Shown: positions 1 through 13,700 of the stretch, one piece after another
How the letters are laid out: each line of letters begins with the position of its first letter
Numbering within the stretch: the first letter of the stretch is position 1
NCBI GenBank assembly: GCA_030390025.1
Contig: CM059425.1
Location: forward strand, 142,042,001-142,106,000
Reading direction: 5' to 3'
DNA: 64,000 bases
Source: Squalus acanthias
Taxonomy: Eukaryota
Notes under the pieces: generated by a model
Seen by the model: only the letters and a program-made list of their open reading frames with translations
Database searches by the model: none
Told to the model about the DNA's origin: nothing
Program-made: the position numbers and the translations under genes

Positions 1-672
1 GATGGGATGCATCCTAGGATGCTGAGGGAATTGAGGGGGGAAATCGTGGAGTTACTGGCCATAATATTCCAATCCTCCTTAGATACAGGGGTGGTGCCAG
101 AGGACTGGAGAATTGCAAATGTTATATCATTGTTCAAAAAGGTGTAAAGATAAACCCAGTAACTATAGGCCAGTCAGTTTGACCTCGGTAGTGGGGAAGC
201 TTTTAGAAACAGTAATCAGGGACAAAATGAACAGTCACTTGGACAAGTGTGGATTAATTAAGGAAAGCCAGCACTGATTTGTTAAAGGCAAATCGTGTTT
301 AACTAACTTGATTGAGTTCTTTGATGAGGTAACAGAGAGGGTTGATGAGGGTAATGCAGTTGACGTTGTGTACATGGATTTCCAAAAGGTGTTCGACAAA
401 GTGCCACATAATAGGCTTGCCAGCAAAGTTGAAGCCCATGGAATAAAAGGGACAGTGGCAACATGGATACGGAATTAGCTAAATGATAGGAAACAGAGCG
501 TAGTGGTGAACGGTTATTTTTCGGACTGGAGGAAAGTATACAGTGGTGTTCCCTAGGGGTCCGTTCGAGGACTACTGCTTTTCTTAATATATATTAATGA
601 CTTGGACGTGGGTGTACAGGGCACAATGTCAAAATTTACAAATGGCACAAAACTTGGAAGTTTCGTGAACAG
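1..672 (+). mobile_element. CR1 LINE RT fragment
   Basis: [22 protein letters not shown] and DFQKVFDKVPH motifs with stops. Confidence 0.9.
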
Positions 673-699
673 TGCTGTAGCCATTCTATGATTCTATGA

Positions 700-1340
700 A
701 TCTGCTTCCACCACCCTTTCAGGCAGTGCAAGCCAGATCACAACAATTCACTGAATAAAAAAATGTTTCATGTCGCCTCTGGTTCTTTTGCAAATCACCT
801 TAAATCTGTGCCCTCTGGTTACTGACCCTCCTGCCACTGTAAACAGTTTTACCTTATTTACTCCATCAAAACCATTCATGATTTTGAACACCTATCAAAT
901 CTCCTCTTAAAATTCTCTGCTCTGAGTAGAACAACCACAGCTTCTCCAGTCTCTCCACATAACTGAAGTCCCTCATCCCTGGTACCATTCTAGCAAATCT
1001 CTTCTGTACCCTCTCCAAGGCCTTGACATCCTTTCTAAAGTGTGGTGCCCAGAATTGAACACAGTACTCCAGCTGGGGCCTAGCCAGTGTTTTATAAAGG
1101 TTTAACAGAACTTCCTTGTTTTTGTACTCTATTCCTCTATTAAAAAAGTCAAGGATTCCATATACTTTTATTTTTTTATTTTTTAAAAACAGCCTTCTCA
1201 ACTTGTCCTGCCACCTTCAAAGATTTGTGTACATACACCCCTCGGTCTCTCTGTTCCTGCACCCCCTTTAGAATTGTACCATTTAGTTTATATTGCCTCT
1301 CTTCATTCTTCCAACCAAAATGTATCACTGCACACTCCTC
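700..1340 (-). mobile_element. CR1 LINE 3' fragment
   Basis: [14 protein letters not shown] and LRGDLI motifs. Confidence 0.9.
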
Positions 1341-1584
1341 TGATGGTATGAGAAGTAGATCTCAAGTCTGGATCACTGGAGACTGCAGGCTGGGACATAC
1401 TGGGAAACAGGCATCTAGCGAAGCTTAGCAAGAGTGGAGGTGATAGTTGCATGGGGCTTTGTGCCCAAGAGGACTCAGGTCAAAGTGGAGGGGTAAAATT
1501 AATAAAACTGTAATAATAGTATTTAACAAATACAACAGATCCAAGGTTTCTATGAAGAATAAATCAGTACATGGGAAAACTTAC

Positions 1585-1760
1585 CATGGTATCATTATAA
1601 ACCATCTGACAACCCTTTTCTTTGTATGGACCCAACACCAGTTTGCCACAAGAAAATGTCTTCCCATTTAAGCTCTTGCAGATGGCAATGGACCTATTAT
1701 CCTCATACTCTGTCTTTAAGGGATAGAAGAAATCACACGTTTCTGAAGTTTGAACGCAGT
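1585..1760 (-). CDS. CENPC: CENP-C cupin (dimerisation) domain, first exon ([12 protein letters not shown]...[31 protein letters not shown])
   Basis: Acceptor actttcag, donor ATG|gtaagt, phase 1 to 0; matches the FSTGKLILGPxxEKGxQ cupin signature of vertebrate CENP-C. Confidence 0.92.
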
Positions 1761-4700
1761 CTGAAAGTTTTTTAAAAAATCACACGATTAGAAGGTGTGT
1801 GTTACACTTTCACACCAAATTCAAAATGGCCATTGCTGGGCACAAGAATCCAAACATTGACACACTATTCTTGTCTGAGTCTATTAGTTGTACTGTACAT
1901 TTTAATTTATTAATTTAAACATCAATCATCTACTTTCTACTTCCACTCTTTATGGTTTCTCCCATGCACACTACAACTGACAAAAGGCTAAAGCCAAAAG
2001 AAGATGACCAGAGTGAAGAATTGACCAAAGCAATGCAGGTCTTCAATCAACTACCTTGAACATGACAGCAATAACATGCATTCCAAGACCAGAAGTTGAC
2101 TTTCTGAGCAAGACTAAAATAAATGTGTATTTAAAAAAAAAAATTATAAAAACTGGTAACAAGAAACAATGTATTAAAAAGTAAACTATTTTAAACAATT
2201 AATAGAACTTGAAGTTCAGGTCCAGAGGGGTCTATACTGAAGAATACTTAGGAGAGGTTGGTGATGAAATAGCAGCACTAATCAGAAGTTATCAAAATTC
2301 TCTGAAACCAGAAAGTATTACACACGTTCAAAAATGGGGGAAATGATCAGCCAGGTAACTGTACACAAGTTAGGCTCAAGTCAACAGTAGCAAAAATAAT
2401 GAGGGATAACATTAATACTTACAAAAGTATGGGCTAATCCAGGAAAAACAACACAGATTTGAAAAGGCCGTGGCATAGTTGGACTTTCAAAATGTATTTA
2501 ATAAAGCGCCATATAAAACAAACTTGTTGCAAAGATTAAGGCCCATAACATTAAAGTTGAAGTAGCAACAGATAGAGAGATGGCTGAAGGATGGCAAACA
2601 GAGTAGAAATAAATAACTGCTTCTCAGATTGGCAAGATTCAGCTAATGATGTGCCGTGGAGTTGTGTTGGCATCTCTCTTGTTCTCCATATACTTAAATT
2701 AGACATGGATATGGAGGAAATATCAGCATTTGCTGATGACATCAAATAGGAAGAATGGCAAACCGTGAGGACAAATGCAGGACACAGGTTATGGGAATGG
2801 CAAATATAGTTCAATGTTGTATTTTTCCAAATAGATGTAGTCTATTTGGAAAAAACAGAATGGGAATATAACCTAGAAATGAGAGTTTCATGCAAAGGGT
2901 TATTAGAAGATAGAATGCACGACTGCAAGTGGCTATTGAAGCAGAGTCAATCATGACATTTAAGAGATAATATTAAAATGGATGCAGAAGAGCAAAGAAA
3001 TCAGATTAGACTAAGTAGCTCCGATGTGGAGCCAGTACAGGCACATTGAGACAAATGGCTTCTCCTGTGCTGAAATCTCTATAATTTTATCAAGATTAAC
3101 TATTTCCTTGTGCCCTAACGTAATGTACTCCTGCAAATGATAGAAGCAAGAAAAAAAATTTTGGAGGTGCATCTCTGGAACAAAGTCCTATGCACTCAGG
3201 GCTAAGCGAAGGACATGACCAATTATGGGCCCAGTATTTTAATAAAAAATTGCCCCAGTGATTCCCTATTGTTTCAATGATGGTCTATTCGTTTTTGTGT
3301 GGAGATTGAATACATGAACAAGATTAGATAAAAGTGCTTAAGAGTCTATTATATGCAAGTGGAAACTTGGTAAATACTTGCTTCTGTTCATCAGACCTGA
3401 CTGCAATTAGATTAAGAAAATCATAGAAACAAACTCTCCATCAGCCATCGTAGTGCCATTTCCCGCTACTCAAAATACCAAGAAGTGCAAAATGAAGAAC
3501 ATGTTCTTGAATCTACAAATTAGAACTAAAATATTGCACATACTGCTTAGTAGACTTTTTCCAAGGACACTAACCTACAAATATTTCACTGCTTTCCTTT
3601 ACACTCCACACACAGGTAGATTTCAAACTTTTTTGTATAGCTACTTCAGATGGCTCCTTCTCACAGTTATAACCTATTCAAATAATAAAACAGATTGAAG
3701 TTATTAAAAAGTACTTGAATTTGCATAATGTCATTATCACACCACAGTATTTTTGGGTATATTTAATACACTGTTAAAACTGGTAAATAATATTGATTCA
3801 AGGCTAGGATTAATCCACAACTAAAACCAAGGCAGACATTATTCTCCAAATGAAGATCTACTGCATGGGCCACAGATCAACTGGATGAAAGCCACAGAAA
3901 ACAGTGCATCCTTATCCCCTTTTTTAAAAAGCTGCTGGTTTATTTCTGTTTTGAGTACTTGTCAAAATGTAATTTTATCAATGGTTTTAATTAATCATTC
4001 AGGTACAGGGAAAGAAGAGCCAGTTCTGGGATTAAAGGGCATTCAAGTCAGTCAACATCTGATCTGCAAGGTCTAATGTAAAGCAGGGTTTTCTAGGATT
4101 CAAAGACCAGGAACAATTTCTATGTAATTCATGATTTGGTTAATCCAGAATTCAAAATACATTCAGAAAGAATTGACATTAATGAGTTGTCTCTCCTACA
4201 ACATTTTGGATGAAACAATCCCAGTTTTGTACCTTTTTCAGAAAAAAAAATCAGAAGCATTCCCACAAAAAAATGAGGCACTTAATAGAAAAGTTGCCAA
4301 TATGGTAAACATATTTTAACAGGAGTAATAGACTGCCTGCACTATGTAGAAAAAATAAGCACTGCACCTCCAATTCTAAACTGAAGATCCATACTCCAAC
4401 GCCACAAGACATATAGGGGGAGAAATTCAGTATCGCCCCATTTGGGGCGCAATTATCGGCTGGGCGCAAAGATTAGCGCCTGTCGCTAATTATCGCCACC
4501 GACTGCAAACTTGACTTTTATCGCCCCTGGAGGTGATTGCAGCGCTATATCAGGCGCTTCACACCTGTCTTAAGGCACAAAGGCCGAGGAGCGAGGCGCT
4601 ACCTCAGAGCGCTGGCGAAGCTCATGTAATGTCAGTCAGCAATGGAACACACACACAATGGCACAGGCCAGTTCTTAAAGGGGATGGTTAATCTTGCTTT

Positions 4701-7700
4701 CCATCCACATCCTGCTCATTGCAGCCTTGAATCTCGGCCTGGAGAGACCTGCACATCAAATGTGCTGGAAAGAACAATGGAGAGTACCAGGCAAAGAGCT
4801 CAGAGTGCAGCCCCCACGGTCTCTGCTAAATCAATACAAGGAATGGCAAATCAAAATGAACCTGCAAAGTGCTGCTCAGTACCCAAAACTCCTTCACACA
4901 ACGTTGAATCTCTCCAGAAGTCTCTCCCTCTCTCTCTCAGAATGCGTAGTTCAAAAATGGCACCAACAATAAAAGGCAGGAAGCGGTCACCTTTAAATAG
5001 CGCTCCCCCTTTCCCTTCATGACTGCAGAACGCTCCCCCAACCTGTTGTTGCTAGCGTCAGGCGGTAAGGCAGGGGGCGCCACTCAATATCCGCTCCAGG
5101 GCAATACCGGGGCGTTGCGCACTCGAGTGACGTCATGATCTGCCGGTGCAGGAGATCGTGGCGGTAGTGTTTAGCGCCGCCGCAAAATCTCTAGTTAATT
5201 TCGCGAGCGGCGCAAACTTCACCGCGCCTGGGCGCTAGATGCTTTGCACCCCATTAGCGCCCTCTTAAGGCGCTAACGGGAGGCGCAACCAACTGAATTT
5301 TTCCCCCATAAAGCCTACCCTGTCTTGTTTCAATTCCATTTTGTGTGGAGGTTGTGCTTAATTGCCCATCCTCAAAATAGAAGAGGATATGGTGGAGAAC
5401 TTCACTCAGAAAGAAAGGCTTCAACAGCCGGTAAGTTAACTCATCCCCAACCCACTTCCAGTCTCCTATCGACACCGCAAGTCATCACGAAGTAAATAAA
5501 CTTCGGAGTGATGGCTTATGGTGTGGATAAGAGACCGGAAATGGGGAGGCGGGTTTCACTTAAGAGGAACTGGTTTTGTGAGCTAGTTGGCTCAAAGTCA
5601 TACCCTAAAGGATTGTACTTGCTATCCAGAGATTAATTAATACTATCCACTCAGTATTCTAAACTTTAAAGTGGATATTTTTTTGCCACAATTGCAAACT
5701 GCCTACAATTGCAGGAGGAAACTATATTTATAGCTTGGCTCATCCTCTCAAGAGCCAAGCCATTGAATGAGGGCTGAGGCATGCAGTATCATATCTCATC
5801 CTCCATCTGTAAAAATCCTACCTGCATAGAAATAACATGGGAAAATCAGCACTGAGTTCCAACATCCAAAACACCCATAGACATCAGAGTAACTGGGATT
5901 ACTAATGTCCCTATATTTGAATCGGCTGAAGAGGTCACTGTGACATTCTACACCACTTCAAAGTGTTCTAATAAGTTTTCGAAGGCCCACACAAATTTGA
6001 AAAGTTGCAAGTCTTCATTATGTGGTTTAAAAAAAAAACTAAAACTTGGCCTTTTGAAAATGGCTGTACTACTTAATAAATAAATAAATAAATAAATGTG
6101 TTTCCACTTCACTGACATGGATTAGACAATTGTTTTGCCTGTGAAGCACCATCGTTTTTTTTAACGTTAGGGCACTGTACAAATGCAAGTTGTTGTTGCT
6201 GTTGTTGAATCAATTTATTGCACAATGTCAATCACCAACTAATCCCGCAGGGTCTAACTATTACAAAGTTACAGAACTTTATCATCCCATTACACAATAA
6301 TCCACAAGTGTCTCTAAACTGTATGTGGTGAGCCGGCAAATGTTATAGTGTGCAAATGCTATAGTGTACATTCCAATTGGAAAACTCTAAAAAAAAAACA
6401 AGCGATCTAAAATCACTGAGGCATTTTTGGTTTAAAAAAATCCTATATCTTGAGGTCTATGAATTGAAATTCTAATTACGATAGTAACACTGGTGTGCCT
6501 CAACTGTATGCAGACAAAAAGTTTGCAAACTGGAAGGTATACATTAGTACAATTGCTTTATTCTTGGCAGGGGTTCTTTAATTCAACAACACCCTCCATC
6601 TCCCTTATGCTTTACCTGGTCTAGTCTATATTTGACTCCAGTCCCACATCAACATGGTTGACTCTTAACTACCATCTGAAGTGGCCTAGCAAGCCATTTG
6701 GTTGTATCAAACCACTACTCAGTGGTTCAAGGTGGTCCACCACAACCATCTCCGAGCAACTAAAGATAGGCAATAAATAGCACCCTCCCCAGCAACACCC
6801 ACATCCAAGAATGAATAAATAAAACACCTGAAGAAGCTTCACTACATTCAGAACAAACACGATGCGTTACTCTCGTGTTGGGATACGATGATACCTGTAG
6901 TTACTTAAAGGTTGTCAGTCATTTTTGTTCCCAGGATTCCCTACGGAACCAAGTTGCTCTAATGCCATTTGATTTTTGGGCACCATGACATTACAAGACT
7001 GGGTTTCCCTGAACTTCTATTAAGACTGTAAACACACAGTATCCTGGTAGCAGTCATTCTGCGGCAGTCCGCGGTACCATCTGCATTTGAGCCACCACGA
7101 CAAAGCAGAGGGTGGCTACTGGGCGACAAAAGCTATCCTTTGACACGTTGGCTCATGACTCCGGTGTGCAACCCATGCACACGTGGGCAGCATGCATACA
7201 ATGAAAGCTATGCTGCCACACAAAATGTGATAGAGCACACCATTGGCGTGCTGAAACAATGCTTCCGCTGCCTGGACCGCTCTGGAGGAGCCCTGCGGTA
7301 CTCGGCAGAGCACGTGTCAAGATTCGTGGTGGTCTGCTGCACAACCTTGCCACCACCTATACAACAACCAGCTGAGGAGCAGCAGGAGGAAACCTAGATA
7401 GCCCCTTTCTGGCCGGGCTGTCCAGGAATGACTCATCCAACTGCAATATCAGTAAATGAAAACCCAATTCCCCATTGAACAACAGTCCTACACCTTACCA
7501 TCCCTGTTACTGATCATCACAGCATCCGCTTGGCCACAATGCAAAAATAAAAGTAAATACAAAACAAACATTCCAAGCCAAGTTTATAAATCAAACCATG
7601 CTATCATCACTCTTGTGCATTCCATTAGTGCCAGTCTCCCGTGTGCCTGTGCCTGTCCTAGTGCTCCTACGCCATGCTACCCCAGTAGCTGCAGCAGGGC

Positions 7701-10700
7701 TGGTGGAAGGCTGCTGACTTTCAGTGGGGGTGACTGCAGGTGGCCTTGGAGGACGACCTCAAGCAGCTCTGGGCCAAGAAGGTCCGGCTTCGGACTGTAC
7801 CATCTCGGCATGGGCGGCAGCAGTCTGGGCTAGCTGGCTGACAGGCAACAGCAAGGGCAGTGGCAGAGTGGCAATGGATGAATGCTGTCACCCTAACAGA
7901 GGACAGCAGATTTGTGCTCCAGAGCCACTTCCACTCCCCAGCAATCCTAGTAATCTGTTGGAGGACAGATTGCTGGACTGATGTGACACCCTGCAAGCCC
8001 ATTTGAACACTGGTATCCGCAGTCATAATGGCAGTAAGCTGACCTTGCATGACAGAAGTCTGAGCTTCCACTGCAGCACCGAGACGTGTGTGGCTTTTGC
8101 TTGTGCTGCAATGGAAGCTTAGACATCGGCCATCAGACGCTGGATCATGGTTAGGTCCGCAAGTGTGCTAATGGAGCTGGTCACCACTTTCATGCTGGAA
8201 AGGATGGGCTCCAAGCTATGTGCAAAGCCCTGTGCCAAGTTGGTGCCGGACTCCTCCATGCTACTGGATATTGCACTCAGACTTTCTGGCAGGCCTGCCA
8301 ATGCACCAAGCATTTCTTTGTACAAAGCCATTAGCCTTCTTCTGTAGCCCGAACCATTGAAGTGGCTCACCAGAGTCCTCTGCAGCAGAACTCGTGTGCG
8401 ACCTTGCCCTCCGGTGAGCTGGCACCTATGCTACCCTTGTCCCCTGCCCTGGCTGCAGGCCACATGTGCCTAGTGTCTCACCACGTGCAGATCCTGCCTC
8501 TAAGCTATCTCTAAATTACGGGCAGTGTCAGTATCTGAGCTGGTGGTTGCGAGTGTGAAATCGAGTAACGGTGTTTCTTCTTCATCACTGTCTTCCTGCT
8601 CTTCCACCTCTTGCTCTTCCACCATTACCCGGCCAGGTTGCAGTTCTTGGGTATCTGAAAAGGAGAAAGGCACAAGGGTAGGGTTGTGGTGAGGGATGGG
8701 GAGGAAAACAAGAGGTGCATGCTTATACAATCTGCAGTAAATTAGAAGAGATTGTGGGATGAAGAGGAAGTGGGATGTGAGGAGGAGGATTAGGTATGAG
8801 GATACCTTTATCTTCAATGGTTTCAGTCCCACCGCTGGCCACGGCCTCAGCGATGGCCGCTCCAATGTTGGCAACCACCATCTCCTTCATTGGAGTAAGG
8901 ACATCCAGCTGCACCTAGCGGTTAGCTCCTGCTGCCTCCGGTTATGCGCCAACTTGTCCTGCAAGTGAGAGGGAAGTGAGTCAGTGAGTGTGGTGCAATC
9001 TGTTTGGGCGATGTGCTCGTTATGGTTGAATAGTTGGCAGTGTGTGCAAGCTGCGGGTGTGAGGCTTGCAGCAGTGCCAAGTGTGTGAGGATGAGGTGAA
9101 ACAATTAATGTGAGGTATGAAGCTGGTAGGTGAGTGATGGGGGTGCAGTGCATTGAGCAGTTGCTGAGGCTAGTCGTGCAGTTGGTGGGATATGGCATTT
9201 GAAGATGAATTCACTGACATTGAACAATTGTGTGAGGTCATTGAACTTCTTGCGGCACTGCATCCAGGTCCTCGGGGCTTGACTCCTACGGCTATCTGCT
9301 CCCACTGCCTTTGCGGAATTTGTCTGGAGGGCCTCCTGTGGAGAGAGGACCTCTCTCCTCCTCTCCATCTCCTCCACCAAGGCCTCCTGTGTAGCATCAG
9401 AGAACCTTGGAGCACTGTCTCTCCCATGTCGCGCCATAATTCGCTCTTCTTCCTGCTCAAACTCCCTTCCACGAACAATTCCGACTCTCTTCCACAAACA
9501 ATTCCAACAGCTGCTCCAGCCAGAATGCACCTCCCCTTTAAGAGGTGCAGGCTGGCTTTAAGTAGTGGAGGCTAGCTTTAAGTGGTGCCAGCCTCACACA
9601 AACTTGGGCCTCCTGCTGAGCGTGCAGCCACTCAAGAGCACGTTTAGCGCTTGCTGCACACAGCAATCATGCAAATTAGCAGGCCTCCCTCTGCTGATGA
9701 ATCAGCACTCCATGTTGAACACCACTTGGAAGAAGTACAGAGAGTAGCAAGGGCACAGAATGTATTCTGGGTGGGGGACTTCAATGTCCATCACCAAGAG
9801 TGGCTCGGCAGCACCACTACTGACCGAGCCGGCCGAGTACTGAAGGACACAGCTGCCAGTCTGGGCCTGCGACAGGTGGAGAGAGAAACACGAGGGGAAA
9901 AACCTACTTGACCTCGTCCTCACCAATCTACCTGTCACAGATGCATCTGTCCATGACAGCATTGATAGCAGTGACCACCGCACAGTCTTTATGGAGATGA
10001 AGTCCCGTTTTCACTGAGGACACCCTCCATCGTGTTGTGTGGCACTACCACCTTGCTAAATGGGATAGATTCAGAACAGATCTAGCAGCTCAAAACTGGG
10101 CCATCAGCAGCAGCAGAATGTTTTTTGTTTTTTTTTATTCGTTCATGGGATGTGGGCGTCGCTGGCAAGGCCAGCATTTATTGCCCATCCCTAAAATAAT
10201 TGTATTCCACCACAATCTGTAACCTCATGGCCCAGCATATCCCTCACTCTACCATTACCATCAAGCCAGGGGACCAACCCTGGTTCAATAAAGAGCGTAG
10301 AACACATGCCAGGACCAGCACCAGGCATACCTAAAAATGTGGTACCAACCTGGGGAAGCTGCAACACAGGACTACATGCATGCTAAAAAGCAGAAGCAGC
10401 ATGCTATAGACAGAGCTAAGCGATCCCACAATCAATAGATCAGATCAAAGCTCTGCAGTCCTGCCACATCCAGTCGTCAACAGTGGTGGACCATTAAACA
10501 ACTAACGGGAGGAGGAGCTCCATGAATATCCCCATCCTCAATGATGGTGGAGCCCAGCACGTGAGTGCAAAAGTCAAAGCTGAAGCATTTGAAACCATCT
10601 TCAGCCAGAAGTGCCGAGTGGATGATCCATATTGGCCTCCTCCTGAAGTCCCCACCACAACAGAAGTCAGTCTTCAGCCAATTCGATTTACTCCACGTGA

Positions 10701-13700
10701 TATCAAGAAACAGCTGAGGGCACTGGATAAAGCAAAGGCTGTGGGCCCCGACAACATCCCGGCTGTCGTGCTGAAGACTTGTGCTCCAGAACTAGCCGTG
10801 CCTCTAGCAAAGCTGTTCCAGTACAGCTACAACACTGGCATCTACCCGACAATGTGGAAGATTGCCCAGGTATGTCCTGTCCACAAAAAGCAGGACAAAT
10901 CCAATCCGGCCAATTACCACCCCATCAGTCTACTCTCAATCATTAGCAAAGTGATGGAAGGTGTCGTCAACAGTGCTATCAAGCAGCACTTACTCACCAA
11001 TAACCTGCTCACTGATGCCCAGTTTGGGTTCCGCCAGGACCACTTGGCTCCAGACCATATTACAGCCTTGGTCCAAACATGGACAAAAGAGCTGAATTCC
11101 AGAGGTGAGGTGAGAGTGACTGCCCTTGACATCAAGGCAGCATTTGACCGAGTGTGGCATTAAGGAACCCTAGTAAAACTGAAGTCAATGGGAATTGGGG
11201 GGGGGGGGGGAAACGCTCCACTGACTGGAGTCATACCTAGCACAAAAGGAAGATGGTTGTGGTGGTTGGAGGTCAATCATCTCAGCCCCAGGACAGCACT
11301 GCAGGGCAGTATCCTAGGCCCAACCATCTTCAGCTGCTTCATCAATGACCTTCCCTCTATCATATGGTCAGAAGTGGGGATGTTCGCTGATGACTGCAGT
11401 GTTCAGTGCCATTCGCAACTCCTCAGATAATGACGCGGTCCATGCCTGCATGCAGCAAGACCTGGACGACATTCAGGCTTGGGCTCATAAGTGGCAGGTA
11501 ACATTCGCGCCACACAAGTGACAGGCAATAACTATCTCCAATAAGCGAGAGTCTAACCACTGCCCCTTGACATTCAACAGTATTACCATCGCCGAATCCC
11601 CCATCATCAACATCCTGGGGGTCACCATTGACCAGAAACTGAACTGGACCAGCCACATAAATACTGTGGCAACAAGAGCAGATCAGAGGCTGGGTATTCT
11701 GCGGCAAGTATCTCACCTCCTGACTCCCCAAAGCCTTTCCACCATCTACAAGGCACAAGTCAGGAGTGTGATGGAATACTCTCCACTTGCCCAGATGAGT
11801 GCAGCTCCAACAACACTCAAGAAGCTCGACATCATCCAAGACAAAGCAGTCCGCTTGATTGGCACCCCATCCACCACCTTAAACATTCACTCCCTCCACC
11901 ACCAGCGTACCGTGGCTGCAGTGTACACCATCTACAAGATGCACTGCAGCAACTCTCCAAGGCTTCTTCGGCAGCAGTTCCAAAACTCGCGACCTCTGCC
12001 ACCTAGAAGGACAAGGGCAGCAGGTGCACGAGTACACCAACACCTCATAGTCACACAGCATCCTGACTTGGAAGTATATTGCCGTTCCTTCATCGGCGCT
12101 GGGTCAAAATCTTTGAAATCCCGCCCATTTTGGGGCGCTAATATCGGCCGGGCGCAAAGTTTAGTGCCCGGCGCTAATCATCTCCTCCAACTGCAAAATT
12201 CGCCTCTTATCGCCCCTGGAGGTGATGTGAGCGCTAAATCAAGCGCTACACACCTCACAAAGCGCAAACGTTGGGGAGCGAGGCGCTACCTCAGAATGCT
12301 ACCGAAGTTCAAGCGATGTCAGTTACCATGGAAGCCAGACAGACTGGCGCCATCCAGTTCTTAAAGGAGAGGGGCCATCTTGCTGGCCAGCCACACCCTG
12401 CTCATTGCAGTCTTGAATCTCAGCCTGGAGACCCCTCTAAAGCAATTGTGTTGGAAGCACTAATGGATAGGCCCACGGAAAGAGCTCGGTGCTTAGGAAC
12501 CTCAAAAGTGGTGCTGAGGGCCAAAACGCCTTAGGGCAGCGTTAAATCTTTCCAGACGTCTCTCTCCCTCTCAATCTGCGTGTACCAAAAATTGCCGACA
12601 AGGCAGGAAGCGCCCACCTTTAAATAGCGCTCCCCCAGCCCGTTCCCGACTTGAAAACGTTCCCCTCTACCTGTCTTTCCTAGCGGCAGGCGCTAAGGCA
12701 GGGGGCACAACTCAATATCCAGTCCGGGGTGCTATTGGGGCGTTGCACGCTCGACTGACAGCACGATTTGCGGGCGCAGGAGATCGTGGCGGTAGTGATT
12801 AGCGTCGCCGCAAAACAACTGGTCAATTTCGCGAGTGGCGTTCAACTCGCCGCGCTCGGGCGCTAAGTTCCTAGCGCCCCGTTAGCGCTAACCAACCAAA
12901 TCTCCCCCCCCATAAATGTTTTTTTAAAGTTCTCACCATTGAATTATTGAACCACAAGACAGAAACAACACTAGATCGGATAAAGTCAAATAAACCTGTA
13001 TAGTTCATCGCCCTGGATAAACTTTGGAAAGTAAAATGATTTGCAACACATGGTGCAAATACTAACAAGAGTCTCACACCTTTCTAATGTCCAATAGAAA
13101 TCATTACCAAAGCTTAGCAAATACATCCATTATTTCCACTTAGTAGAAATAAGTGTCCAACCCCATACATGAAAATAATTGGTTTTAAACATCTGATAAA
13201 AAAGGAAAAACACCTGAAAATCGCAGGTTGATTAACGCCCCATTTAAACCCCAAAAAACAGGATTTAAAAGACGGAAGCCATTGTCTTCAGGTCCCCACC
13301 ACAAACTAACTTTGCCATCAACTTCACCCCCTCCTGCCTCAGGCTGAAACAGACTGTTGCCGACGTTGGCATCCTATTCAACCCCAAACTGAGTTTGACA
13401 CGATATCCTCTCCATCAAAGACCGCCTACTTTCACCTCCGTAACATTGACGGCCTCTACCACTGCCTCAGCCCATCTACTGCTGAAACCCTCAGCCATAC
13501 CGTTATCACCTCCAAACTAGACTACTCCAATGTGCTCCTGGCTGTCCTCCCATTCTCCATCTTCCGTAAACTAGCTCATCCAAAACTCTGCTGCCTGTAT
13601 CCCATCCTGCACCAGGTCCCACTCACCCATTTCATCAATTTTTAAATTCTCATCCTTGTGTTTAAATTCCTTCATGGAATTGTGCCTCCCCATCTCTAAA

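Noticed and set aside
4642-5022. ORFs within MITE family 1
   Set aside because: Frames are not preserved in the sister copy and no protein motif is recognisable
5822-5947. Open phase 1-to-1 minus-strand segment ([18 protein letters not shown]...) as the pre-cupin linker exon
   Set aside because: Poor polypyrimidine tract and no convincing similarity to CENP-C; the expected linker exon remains unlocated
10522-12364. Long RT ORFs as an active or domesticated reverse transcriptase
   Set aside because: Interrupted by stops and frameshifts and 5'-truncated; the last ORF simply reads into a MITE
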